Of a stretch of 64,000 nucleotides of DNA, positions 39,031-51,635 are shown one piece after another. Origin of the DNA: Callorhinchus milii (lineage: Eukaryota); assembly GCF_018977255.1 (NCBI RefSeq), contig NW_024704742.1, positions 94,428,001-94,492,000 on the forward strand. The letters are read 5' to 3'. A program made the position numbers and the translations under genes. Within the stretch, counting starts at the first letter, position 1, and every line of letters starts with the position of its first letter. Below the pieces are notes generated by a model. The model did no database searches and was not told where the DNA came from. It worked only from the letters and a program-made list of their open reading frames with translations.

Positions 39031-41600
39031 AATTAGCACAGAAACAAAGGCAAATACTGTAGCATTATCAACGAACCATTCTGTATGGTTGAAGTTGGGT
39101 ATTTTACCTGGAAGTGATCAACACAATATCGTCAGCTCGCAACCACCAACCCACCCATCCACTCACACATATGTATGTCACACCACACAGTACCAAAAAC
39201 ATAAATCCGGTCAAAAAAGGCATTAAAAATTAGACTATTTTCTGAAACAACAGCTTTGTGAAAGCATTTTAGTGCATTTTACAAAAAGGTTCTGAATGTT
39301 GTTATTCATATATTCTTATCAAATGTGGCTTTCCAATTTCCCGTCTGTCTATAATCTTTGTGTAGCTTTTACCATGTTGGTTTTTTTTCAGGTTAGGGTT
39401 CAGAAGTCTAGAACTCCTGCCCCACAGATGGGATTCTCCATATAGATGCAGGAAGTCTAAAGGTTAATGGAATTTCCTACAAAACGGTTACTTTTCTGTT
39501 CCTTAATTACTGATACGTAGAGCTTTCTCTCAGCAACAGCTGCTGTCAAACTCCAGACGAGGTCTTACAAATATACAAGAAATTAATTCAAGAGAAATCT
39601 TTTAAAACACGAACCAGAGTGGTTCGTTGTGGCTTAAATTGTGGGACACGAATCAGCAATTCAGTACAACAAAAGGGGCCTTTACTCCAACAGGCAGGCA
39701 GGGCAAGCCATTTAAAAATGGCTTACTGTAACTGAAAAAAAGCAAGGGAACCTCCAGCATTTGACGTTACTTTAATGCAATGTTCATATGATTTGATCAA
39801 CTGCAACATTCAATGCAAATCGTGGAACCATCATCATTCTGTCAAATTACACACTTTGCTTCTGGCTCCGCGGGGCTGAAAGGTGATACCAATCCAATGT
39901 TAAATCTACCCATTAGCTGTTTCAGAAAAGAAGCAGCACAAATTTTCTGCTTGACAATTAAATGATTGCTACTGAAAACAAAACTGATCTTACATATTCA
40001 GATAGCTCTAGGCATTCCCATAGAACAATGGGAAGACCATAGAAAACCTAGCCAGTTACCAGAGGCTGGCAAATCTAACTCCCTCTTCGTAGGATGAGTT
40101 CCTAAATCCCCCCAATGCCCCCACATACACCTTTTGATGACCTTTGATTGCAAGATGAATTTGCTAGGCTATGAATGGGAATGGACCGAGGGACGGATCT
40201 TGGCTATTATGCAGCCATATAAAAGAAGGATACTAGGTTCAAAGTATCCACCCAGGTTCTGTCCCCAAAAGTACTATATATTTACCAGCCGACCCTCTTG
40301 GGCTACTACTGAGAACAAGTACTACTGATACCCCCCTGGCTGTGTAATGATGATCGTAACCCCAGTGACAGAATACTTCTTTTCTGTGGACAAATTGGTT
40401 GCCAAGTTCACTTACAAAATACACTTTACACTAAGTCATGTGAAGCGCTTTGACGTCTCAATGACCACGATAAGGCAAATGTCAAATGAAAGATGACTGA
40501 TAATGTTGGGTTGCTATGCAGTTGTGACATTGCTGCTGCTTACTTTCATTTTTGTTGGTGTTTGGTTATTTGTTTTATTACGTTTGGTTATGATTGTTTA
40601 TTGCATCTTTATTGTTTTTAATTAATAAAACTTGTTTTTTAGTGGGAGAGAATGAAATCAAACACTGGCAATTACAAGAGGAAAGCACAGAAGATAAGGC
40701 AGGACATGGAATCCCAAGAGAGGTTTGGATGAAGAAGAAGGTTCTTTGACCCCCCAGAAAGCCCACATTACCATCAAAGCCGTTTCTTAATAGATGCTTG
40801 TCAGAATAAAGTGCAGATGGAATTAAATGCACAGACATCAACAAGAATGATTTGACTTCACCTACAAATACCCACAATGATCATGAATGTACCCTGTGCC
40901 GAGTGCTAAACTCCTGATTCAGCACAAAGTACACATCTGGTGATTCACTCGGAGAATTATCAAAAAAANCTGACCCATTCACAATCAACTACATTTTTCC
41001 AGAGTAAAAGCTTTCTAGACAACTGAGTGCCTGCATTGGTGGCGAGATCTGGTTTTTTTTTTACCATCGAGTAGTTCGTAGTACCTCATAAGACTAAGCT
41101 AACAAAAAATGAAACAAAAGTTTTGACAATAAAAAATGACCTGAAAAAAATGTTTAAAAAAAGTCCCACATATATACATAGTTTGTCTCCTCATGAGGAA
41201 ATCACTTACCACAACAACTCATGGACACATCCACCACAACAATTCGATTTTTTGTGGTACGTGCACCTCTACAGGATGAAGATGAGAAATTCCCCTTCTC
41301 TCCCAAGCCAAGTATAAACACATCACAAGTTAACTCCCGAAAGCAAGCCTTGGAGACAAAAATCCATTAGGTAGGTTATGAAAATGAACTTGAACCGCAA
41401 GATTTCAAACTGGTAGGGCTGCCATTCACAGGACTCACTCGCTCCCGGAGGCCGGCAGCCCAACACTACCAAAAGATTGTGGGTGGAGAATATGCTTGAA
41501 TCCACAACAACACACAAACTAATAATTACATGAAATCATACTCCCACCAGCGAGACCCCACTCACGTAGACCGTGGCCTCAAGCACTGACTGCCTGAGTT

Positions 41601-41615
41601 CCGCCAGGTGGCAAC
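41601..41615 (+). promoter_or_regulatory. Candidate CTCF-binding motif
   Basis: CCGCCAGGTGGCAAC fits the CTCF core consensus; motif only. Confidence 0.3.
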
Positions 41616-42077
41616 AGCAGATTACATGGGGACCATGTTATTAAGTCCCTCAATCAAGCATGAGTTGAGCTCTAATACAGGACTCCTGTGGACCTTTAAT
41701 GCAGCACACTTATAACACAGACCAGCTTCACGTGTACACGCGCTGCGTGTGGGTAGCTGGTTGGTGCTCTGTGACTTCTCTCTCCAGTAAATTTAGTGCC
41801 AGAAATGCACAAGAGAATTTGACTCCCACCCACTACATACACTCACAAAAACCTGTCCAGTCCAGAACCTGGATGTGGCATCATTAGCAATCTCACACAC
41901 TGAAGGAAGGACAGGTGGCCATTTTTTTGAGCAGATGATGACAACGCAGGGTCTAATTTTCTAAAACCCCAAATATAATGGTGTGTGGGGGGATGGGTGA
42001 GAGAGGAGGTTGCCAAGTTCAAGTAAATTTTGTGTTATCCACAGAGCCCATCACTACCTTCTAATAAGTAATTCTTT

Positions 42078-42146
42078 ACAACAACAACCACAAGATTGCA
42101 TTTATAGAGCGCCTTTCACGTCGGGAGGACGTCCCAAGGCGCTTTA
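42078..42146 (-). mobile_element. Minimal L2 insertion (3' stem-loop and tail only)
   Basis: CAACAAC..AAGATTGCATTTATAGAGCGCCTTTCACGTCGGGAGGACGTCCCAAGGCGCT. Confidence 0.85.
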
Positions 42147-43198
42147 GCCATTACAATTATATAACCACCAAATAAAGATACCTTCTCACCTCCCTCACTA
42201 TTGACACAGAAAATGACCAGTTTACACTTAAGTAAGTACACTTACATACACACACAAACACACACAAAGTCCCTTGCATAATATACATAACAAGTTATTT
42301 TCTTCAATATTAGGCTGGTATAGCATTACTAAACAACAAACAAAGGCAAATTATAAACAAGACAAATCAAAATAAATAAAAAGGAAAATTTCCAATGGGT
42401 CTGTATAGGTTTTACTTTCAATAGGTTTATTTTTTATGTTTAGAGGTTCAGGGTTAATATTACAATAATTAAATTCACCTCACGTTTAAGCAGCTTTATT
42501 TGTGCAATATTGTGGGGGAGAGAGGTTTCCAGTGAGCTGATAATTGGCAGCACCAGTCATCCCACACAAACTGAAGTCTCCTAGACCCCAGGCAGTGAAA
42601 GGGTTAACACGCAGCCTGCATTTTAATGCATAATACGCGGAGAACCAGAGTTGAAATAAAGTGATTCCCCTATTGCACACTTCCTGATTAACAAGAATTC
42701 AGACTCAAGACAGGCTCATACTTATAACAAAAAACAAAACTGCATACAACATTTCCCGAACACAATCCATCTGATCAGAATGCAATTTACAAATCAAATT
42801 TAGATGCAAAGCCAGAATTCTGAGGTTACAATGGAAGGTCACAGGGCAAAGAGAGGCACGAGGCACGCTCACGGAGATCCGTGTCAAAAATAAAGAAAAA
42901 GAACTTCTCCTGTGCATCAGTTTCCCAATGATCCAGGATACACGATCATCTGTGGTTAACATATGTTCTTTTACAACTTTAAAATATTAAGTTCAAAGGG
43001 AACACTTCAGGCTGGGAGATCAACCTTCTGTGTGGTTTTGTTAATCTGAAGCAATTCTTCCACAGAGACTGGGGGATATCCACCTGCACTTCATCAGCAT
43101 CATCAAGCTGGAGGGTATCTCCACATGGTCAGACATGGCTTTAGATTAATGAAAGACTGAGCAGAACTCGAGAGAGACTTCACAAACCTCCACCTTCA

Positions 43199-43367
43199 AG
43201 ACTGTTTGTGGGACATTGCTGTGCGCAATTGGCTGCCGCGTTCGCCCACAAATATACAGTCAATTCACTTTACAGTGTGTTCTGTGAAGCGCTTTGGGAC
43301 GTCCTCCCGACGTGAAAAGCGCTATATCAAATGCAAGGATTATTATTATTATTATTATTATTATTAT
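43199..43367 (+). mobile_element. Young SINE 3' half (Deu core and tail)
   Basis: Near-consensus core, L2-type loop and long (ATT)n tail. Confidence 0.93.
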
Positions 43368-43408
43368 CTGCAGCTGTTCCAGAGCTCATCACTGCAGTGT
43401 TCCATTAA

Positions 43409-45059
43409 AAACTGCCATCAAACTGCCATCATCACGCCCACCCTGAAAAAACCCTCCCTTGATGCGTCGCAGCTACCAAGCTACCGGCCCATCTCCAACC
43501 TCCCCTTTCTCTCCAAGGTCTTGGAAAGAGTTGTCGCCTCCCAACTGCGCTCTTTCCTTTCCACCCATTCTCTTTTTGAACCCCTTCAGTCAGGTTTCCG
43601 TGCTGCCCATAGCACAGAAACTGCCCTGGTCAAGGTCACCAATGATATCCTGACCATCTGTGACCAGGGCTCCCTCTGTCTCCTCGTCCTCCTCGACCTA
43701 TCGGCAGCATTCGATACGGTCGACCACGCTATCCTACTCCACCGCTTGTCCTCCCACCTCAACCTTCAAGGCACTGTCCTTGAATGGTTTAGGTCGTACC
43801 TTTCCCACCGTCTTCACTTCGTCTCAACGAATGGCTTCTCCTCCACCCCCCGTACTGTCTCATGTGGTGTCCCTCAGGGCTCTGTCCTCGGTCCCCTCCT
43901 CTTCACCCTCTATATGCTCCCCCTGGTGACATCATCCGCAAACATGGGGTTAACTTCCACATGTATGCGGATGACACCCAACTCTACCTTTCCTCCTCTA
44001 CTCTCAACTCCACGACCACCGATGTCCTGACAGCTGCCTGTCCGACATCGAGTCCTGGACGAGAGACAACTTTCTTCAGCTCAACGTGCGAAAAACCGAG
44101 GCCCTCCTGATTGGCTCACGTCAGCGCCTCCGCACCTCAGGCGCTGACACCATCAGCATCCAAGGCTGCACTCTCCACCTCTCAAAGCCAGTCAGGAACC
44201 TCGGCGTTTTGTTCGACCCTGAGCTGTCCTTTCTCCCTCACATCCGCACCACAACTGGCACCGCCTTCCATCACCTCCGGAATATCGCCAGACTACGGCA
44301 CTACCTCACCCCTCACGCCGCTGAAACCCTGGTTCACGCCTTTGTCACCTCAAGGCTGGACTATGGGAACTCTCTCCTCGCCGGCCTTCCGGCACCTCCC
44401 TCCACAAGCTGCAGGTCATTCAGAACTCTGCAGCTCGTGTACTGTCCCGCACCAGGCTTCGCGATCACATCACTCCCACCCTCGCTCGCCTCCACTGGCT
44501 CCCCATCCCCCAGAGGATTGATTTCAAGATCCTCATCCTCACCTACAAGGCCATTCACGGCCTTGCTCCCTCCTACCTCTCCAACCTACTATCCCCCTAC
44601 CTACCTGCCCGTACCCTCCGTTCCTCTGGCTCCGGTCTGCTCCACGTCCCCCCCCCAACCGCCCTACCATCGGTGGTCGGGCCTTCAGCCTCTCAGCCCC
44701 TAGGCTCTGGAACTCCATCCCCCAGTGCCTTCGCCTTGCTTCCTCCCTTTCCTCCTTCAAGGCCGGTCTCAAGACCTTTCTCTTTGACCGTGCCTTCAGC
44801 TCCCCTCTCGACTCTCTTCCTCCTCCTCGCTCCCTCCCTTCCCTCCCCTCACCCTGACCATTTCCCCCCTCCTCTCTCCCTCCCTTCCCTCCCCTCACCC
44901 TGACCATTTCCCCCCTCCTCTCTCCCTCCCTTCCCTCCCCTCACCCTGACCATTTCCCCCCTGCTCGGGTCATGACCCAACTGTGCAGCGCCTTGGGACG
45001 TCCTCCTGACGTGAAAGGCGCTCTATAAATGGAATCTTGTTGTTGTTGTTGTTGTTGTT
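43409..45059 (+). mobile_element. Young L2 LINE, 5'-truncated (~1.65 kb), RT domain with frameshifts
   Basis: [80 protein letters not shown]; 3'UTR minisatellite and (GTT)n tail. Confidence 0.98.
44829..44962 (+). repeat. ~45-bp pyrimidine-rich minisatellite (x3) in L2 3'UTR
   Basis: CTCCCTCCCTTCCCTCCCCTCACCCTGACCATTTCCCCCCT repeated three times. Confidence 0.9.
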
Positions 45060-45964
45060 CAGTTAAGACAACATGTGCAAGAAGGCGACCTGGTCTGACC
45101 AGGTCTTATAAGGACAGCTGCAGGTCTCCTCAAAACTAGCATGGTGGTGTCAAGAGACTAACTGGCTTTACAAAGGATTTCTGCACCATTGCTTTCAATT
45201 CTCTGGATAACAAAGCCTCTGCTTCAGGGTACTGAGGCTACTGCCAACACCCCTTCTATAATGCTGCCAAAGGAGAATTACCAAGGTCCCCTATGGTGAC
45301 TCTCAGAAAATACACATGTGCAACTAGAGAGGATCTCACACATCCTTTAGGAAAAAAATGACATTAAGACTAACTGACTCACTCTCTTCTATCACAGAAA
45401 ATACTTCATCGAAAAAAAGATCTATTAAGAAAGAGGTCTGAACATTGGCTTACTAGCTGCCATCCTTGATCATCTTCCTTTTAATTTTTCATGCATGAGA
45501 TTTGAGGAGAATTTTATGGCTAGAATTGTAAAGCTCCTTATAGCTGAAGAGGAACGGAATGAGCAAAGAGTGGCACACCCACACAGTCCTTTCAAGGCTT
45601 TATCTGCTCCATAGAATTTCAGTCGGACTCTGCAGGAAGGTTACAATTGCAAGCTTCCTTAACAAAGGTCAGGATTTTCTTCCATTAACTGGAACGCTAC
45701 CCCGCTCCGGGACTCTAACCCATGTGAAGGGCGCTATATAAATGCAAGTTGTTGTTGAATAACAGAGTCTATGAACACTGAGTTTAAGATGAGCCACCTA
45801 CAAGAATTACCAATGAAAATGAACAACACCAGAGGCATCAGAATTGCTGCCACCCACACAAGTGATACAGATAAACCCACTGATCCTTAAAAAGGAAAGG
45901 GAGAGAAAAGAGGAGGAACACCCAAATATGTGGGATAAAAAAACCCGCAACGGTTTTCTGCTAC

Positions 45965-46340
45965 ATAATAATAATCCTTGCATTTGATATAGTGCTTTAT
46001 CATGTCTTCGAGACGTCTCAAAGCGCTTCACAGAATATACTGTAAAGTGAATTGTCTGTATATTTGTGGGTGAAATGCGGCAGCCAATTGCACACAGCAG
46101 TGTCCCGCAGACAGTCGTGGATTAATTGACCAAATTATTATTTTTTAAAAATTTGAAGGGAATATTGCCCACGGAAAAACGATCTGCGAATCAAATAACA
46201 ACTGGGTTCCTGCTTATTGCTAGGTAAACAAAGGGGTGTGGAGTAAGGAAACTTGCCCAACAGTTCGTCCTGCCCGGGAATCAAACCCAGGTCCTATCAC
46301 TTGCAAGGCAAGTTCTCTAACCACTAAACTCCAGGACTCC
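45965..46340 (-). mobile_element. tRNA/Deu SINE, long form
   Basis: Full head, core and tail, moderately diverged. Confidence 0.9.
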
Positions 46341-46939
46341 CAACATAATCATCTACCAACATATTTCCTACATAAAGCAAAGGGATGATTGCAAAAAGAT
46401 AAATAGATAGCCGACCGAGCAAACCACATTTGTATTCTCGACCCGACTACAACCTGAAATTGTGAAACAAATCACCTCAAGCAACAAATCCTATGCTATT
46501 AAAAATATTTGATCTTCTCAATAAGAACTAAAGCTTTAATACAATACATTTTTTTTTAAAAACACACTAGAAATAAAGAAAGACAACCAATTCTGTTTGT
46601 ATCACAGAGGAATTCGAGCTTTCAGACAGTGCCTATTGTCTCCCTCTATCAGCGCTATACTGCTCTACGGTATGTTATAGGGAAGAGCCAGAGTAGTTCT
46701 ACTGAGTTCACCAAAGATGGTTGTTAAATACTTAATGATTCTGTGCTTTCCCAGAGTAGGGTGTCATCTCCCATGCTGGTTTAGAGCTCAACCTCCCATA
46801 AAGTCAATACTGCTGCTTTGTATTCTCCGCACGATACAAGTCTAGTGGCTTAGTACAGGAAGTGGCAGATCCCAGACTCCAGTTCCCCCTTTAAGAGTAA
46901 GATAAATGATCCGGATTTAGGAAGTGAGTGAACGTCAAC

Positions 46940-47058
46940 ATTTCTGCTAGAAAATAATATCTCAGGATACAGTATATAGTTTGGGACACTACGACTGGAT
47001 GGTGGAAGGCGAACTAGATGGACCTTGGGCTTCTTAGCTTAGCAAATTCTTATGTTCT
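46940..47058 (+). mobile_element. CR1 3' end
   Basis: ATTTCTGCTAGAAAATAATATC..GGATGGTGGAAGGCGAAC..TAGCAAATTCTTATG; matches 9554-9690. Confidence 0.75.
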
Positions 47059-47199
47059 TCTGCTGATGTCACCAAATTGGGGGCGGGGGGGAGGCAATTA
47101 CACTGATTGTGACAGATCGAAGACTGAAGGAGGACACAGACAGACAAGCAGAGTGGGCAGAAAAGTGGTAGATACGGTTCCATGTTGAAAGTACATTTT

Positions 47200-47520
47200 T
47201 GGTAAGAATAGGAAATGCACCTGAAAATGTTGAAAACTTTCAAATGGAATAGAATAGGATGGGTCCCTTGGGGTGTAGGGTCACAGACTAAATATGGCAG
47301 CACTAGTCGTGTATGCCATAAAAATTAAGAACCTGAATCATTGTTTTTATATCCAAAGGGAATAAATACAGAAGCAAGGAAGTAATGCTGAACTTGTACA
47401 AGACCTTAGATAAGCCACACTTGTATGCCTTTGTACACCACATTTATAGGGAAGATATAAAAGTAATAAAAAAATTGCAAGGTAAATTCATTAAGATGTT
47501 ACCAGAGATGTGATGGGTTC
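47200..47520 (+). mobile_element. Degraded CR1 ORF2 fragment
   Basis: AAATACAGAAGCAAGGAAGTAATGCTGAACTTGTACAAGACCTTAGATAAGCCACAC (Y.SKEVMLNLYK.L..PH). Confidence 0.65.
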
Positions 47521-49572
47521 AGTTAAGTTCAGTTATGTAAGAGAACAGCTGACTATGGCCACTGAGATCTCAGTATTCGGCTAGTGCAAAGAAGGAGCTA
47601 GAGCTTATTTGTTAAAATTTAGCTAGTTTACACAGCAATACTATCCACATTCATCTGACAGGGAAATTCCCCACAGAGAGAGTCCCTATTTCAGGACTCA
47701 CTGCATTTCACAACACTGGTCTATTAAACTGCAAAACTTATGTATGAAAAGGGGTGAAACAGTTACATTTGCAATTACATTTCACTATAGTGTCAAAGAT
47801 TGTTCCTTGGTTGTGTGTGGGTGGAAAGGGAGGCCGGGAAGACAGAACACGGAATCTTCTTAGTCTAAAATGGTTACTGCAAACTGGATCGGGCGGCCCC
47901 TCACCAATTGTCACTGAGAAGTGTATATGGGGCAAAATATACACAAGAGCAGCTTAGTTTACAGCATGGTTTTCTTTTGCTAATTTTTACATCCGCTCAT
48001 CCTGAATGCATTTTACTTGTTTCATGCACTTTGGGTGCAGAGGTACAGATACATAAATTGCATTGCAGCCAAGCTAGATCCTGTCCTCATCAGCTAGCTA
48101 CATACTGTACATGAACCTTCCAGGACGGAAGCTTTGTTTTATAATCTAGTGCTGAAACAACTTATTTTCTCCCGTCTAACCTAACCTTAGGATTCTCAGG
48201 CCAGGGTATACACTTCAATTATCTACCTCAAGCAGACTGGAATTCAAACCTCAACCGTCTGATCCATACAGACTAATCTTGCAGTGGACAGTACTTTTAC
48301 CCACCAGATATCACATTCTTTTAAGTCAGTATTTTGCAATTTGTACAATTAAAATAGGATTTTAAAATTGTTTTGATTTACAGTACAAAAACTGCAGTTA
48401 CAAAAAGACAAAATAATAATCCTTGCATTTGATTTAGTACCTTATCTTTGAGACATACCAAAGGGTTTCACAGAATATACTATAAAGTGAATTGACTGTA
48501 TTTTTTGGGGTGAAATATTCAAAGTCACATTTAAAAGAAATTTCCCAATTAAATCAGCCGATTCAATCAGGTCTGTGCCCGAGATGGTTTGTCATTACAA
48601 CAGTAGACAATAATTACTTGCAATTAAACCAGTCCCACTTTATTCCCAGCTCTTAAATTGCTTGCATTTCAGATCACTAGTCTATTAAACCTCAACACTC
48701 ATCTATAAAAAGGTGTGAAAGTAGTCACATTTGCAATTACATTTCACTGTAGTGTCAGATTGTTGTTTGATTATGTGTGGGTGGGTGGGGAGGGATGGTG
48801 GCACAGTTATTTGCTACAGCCAGCTCCAGTCTGTTACAACAGTGGATTCCTGAATAGAGAATCAATGTTCCTTTGGGAGAATCTTCCTATGCAGCGAAAA
48901 TTCTGACCCTATTTTCCTTCATATGTGCGGGTTTGTGTGCAATGAACGAGATCAAGACTAAAGACTGTGGGTTCAATCCCTTTATTTAGCTCCTATATCT
49001 GTCATTGGCACTCCCTCCATGAAAGTATTTTCTTGAAACAGGCAAATATCTGACAGCAGCGTGGGAGTGTGAAGAATCCAATTTCCAGTGGAAGGCAGAC
49101 CCGTCTGCCATCGCAAATCATGGCAGCACACTGCCAGGGATTTGTCAGTCGACTTGTAAAGGCAGCAAAATGCTTGTAGAAAGCACGAACCGGATGTGTG
49201 GTATCAGTAGATTTATGCAAATTATAGAGCTCGACAGAATGTTTCATTTAAAAGGGAATAGTGTACACACTGCAGATATTAGCCACACTTAAATAAATTA
49301 TTTAAACTAGTGATTTCAGAGCTCTACTGTTGAGAGAAAGCCAAGGGGTGGGGGAAACTGTGAAGGCAGGGTTTCTGTACATTGGTCAGACTTGATCAGT
49401 TAACTTTGGATACCCACTCTTTGTTACATTCATTTCAGAACAATTCCGCTGGCATACTCAGCTTGTCCAGTGGTTTAGTTAATAAAGGTAGCCAGACCAC
49501 GAAAGCTCACAGGCTCTATCTCTGGTCAACTTAGGTAGCCAATCTCAATGGTTAGGATATCAGGCTGGCTCA

Positions 49573-49825
49573 GTGATAGGCGGCCGGGCCTTCAGCTTCT
49601 CTGCCCCCACCCTTTGGAACTCCATCCCACAGTCCCTTTGCCTTGCTCCCTCCCGTGCCTCCTTCAAGACACGTCTCAAGACGCTCTTCTTCAACCGCGC
49701 CTTCGGCCACCCCTCCACTCCTCCTGATCCCAATCCCTGCTCGGGTCCAAATCCCTGAATGGCCAGCACCTTGGGATGTTCTTGCATCGTGAAAGGCGCT
49801 ATACAAATGTAATGTTTTGTTGTTG
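49573..49825 (+). mobile_element. L2 3' end (second subfamily)
   Basis: IGGRAFSFSAPTLWNSIPQSL..FKTRLKTLFFNRAF, then stem-loop and TTGTTGTTG. Confidence 0.9.
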
Positions 49826-50975
49826 CCTATAAGGCACGTTTGTCTTGATTAATGCTGTGATCTCACTGGTAGCTCGCCTCAGTGAATGCTTACAGGAGAG
49901 TGGCTTTTGGGATCACCCAAGAATTGATGTGGAGCCACACGAGCCAGACATATTCAGTGGTGCCCCAGGTATTGTTACATGTATTCAAATTGCAAGGATT
50001 ATTATTACACTTAAGAGCATTGCTGGGGTCAGTTGGCTCTGGGTTGGTTTTTACACTTGCGCAAATAGCCTGCCAACATTGACACAATGGCACTGTTCTC
50101 ACTCCTCTTATGTACTGGGGAAGGCGAGAGCAAACAGGAGGAGACAGGTCCCAAGTATTGAGTTCCAAAGACAGGATTTCTCACTGAAAGGAAAATGTTG
50201 CAGTACAACAAGGTTTCTTCTATATTCGGTGGAAGCAGTTTTCACAAAAATCATCGCTCTGAATGTTACAAGTGAAGGCCCAATACCCACACGCCAGATA
50301 CATAACCACCCTACAGGCCACCCACTGAGCTCTTGAAGCAATGCCAGCAATAGGAATTAGCGTTAAAATCTTCAATTAAATATGCACGCAATCTCAGTGA
50401 ATGGGCATTTTAACTGTCTGGTCGGTTGCAGAATTGTTTCCAGGTTGGGCACTCAAAGATATCTGGTACAGTGTAGTAACTTGCACTGGGAAATATGGAG
50501 AGAGAGAGAGAGAGGGGTAAACTGTGGACTCCAATGACAATACAGTTTCTGGTGGAAGAAGGTTTTGGTTATTTTGTGTGATGACCTGATGTCCACATGA
50601 TTTTCAAGTCTTCAATGGGGCCAGTCCTATTCATTGCAGATATCATGCTCTGTACTGTACTTCCTCTTCAACAAAAGCAGAGCATGCTTATTCGATAACA
50701 CTGCTGTCTTGGGTGCACATTAAGTACCAATTTGTGCACAGGGCAGTTTCTACTGGATGACTGGAGCCATCAGAACAAAACAATTGGATGCTTGATCTTC
50801 TATTTATTAGCCCTGTAAAGACTTGCTGGATTATTTAACAATTATTAAAGGCTGCTCTTTTGCCACATATTTTCAGTCACATCATCCATTTTCTAGATTA
50901 ATTTACACAATGGCTTCTGTAGGAACTTCAAAAATGTACTTTATACACCACCCTGCCATCCTTGCTGGCTTCTTC

Positions 50976-51118
50976 ATATATATGCATATACACATATATA
51001 TATACACATAAACATACATATACACATACATATATGCATATATCTATACATATACACACACAAACATACATAATGTACTTTATACACCACCCTCCCATAT
51101 AATATATATATATATAAA
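50976..51118. repeat. (TA/CA)n low-complexity microsatellite
   Basis: Directly visible. Confidence 0.9.
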
Positions 51119-51511
51119 TCTTTTAATCCTGTACAAAAAGAAAACAAGCAATGGGATTTTTTAATTAAAATTAAAAGAGGAACTAACAGTTTCAGACTGC
51201 CCCAAATTAAAATCACACATACCGCTTAAAAATCCAAGTGCAGCAAAATACCATCAGAATACTGAATTAACAAGGCAAAAGATGATCATGAAAAAAACTG
51301 AGAGATAGAAAATGCTTTGAAATGCATAACAGATGAATCAGTATCTGAGAGGCTGCCGACTGACTCGATGGGGGTTTCTAACATTTATTTCAAGTTTTTA
51401 TTTCATATTACCAGCATTCAGGATTTCCTTTTTAAAATAAAATGCACTTTTATCTGCAAACTTCTTTTTAAAAAAAGGCACCCAAATCTGCCTTTTAATT
51501 TTTTTTAAATC

Positions 51512-51635
51512 CTAATAATCCTTGCATTTGATATAGCACCTTATCACGTTTTTAAGACTTCTCAAAGCGCTTCACAGGATACACTGTAAAGTGAATTGAC
51601 GTACATTTTGTGGGCAGCCAATTGCGCACAGCAAT
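51512..51635 (-). mobile_element. SINE tail/core fragment
   Basis: AATAATCCTTGCATTTGATATAG..CCAATTGCGCACAGC. Confidence 0.85.
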
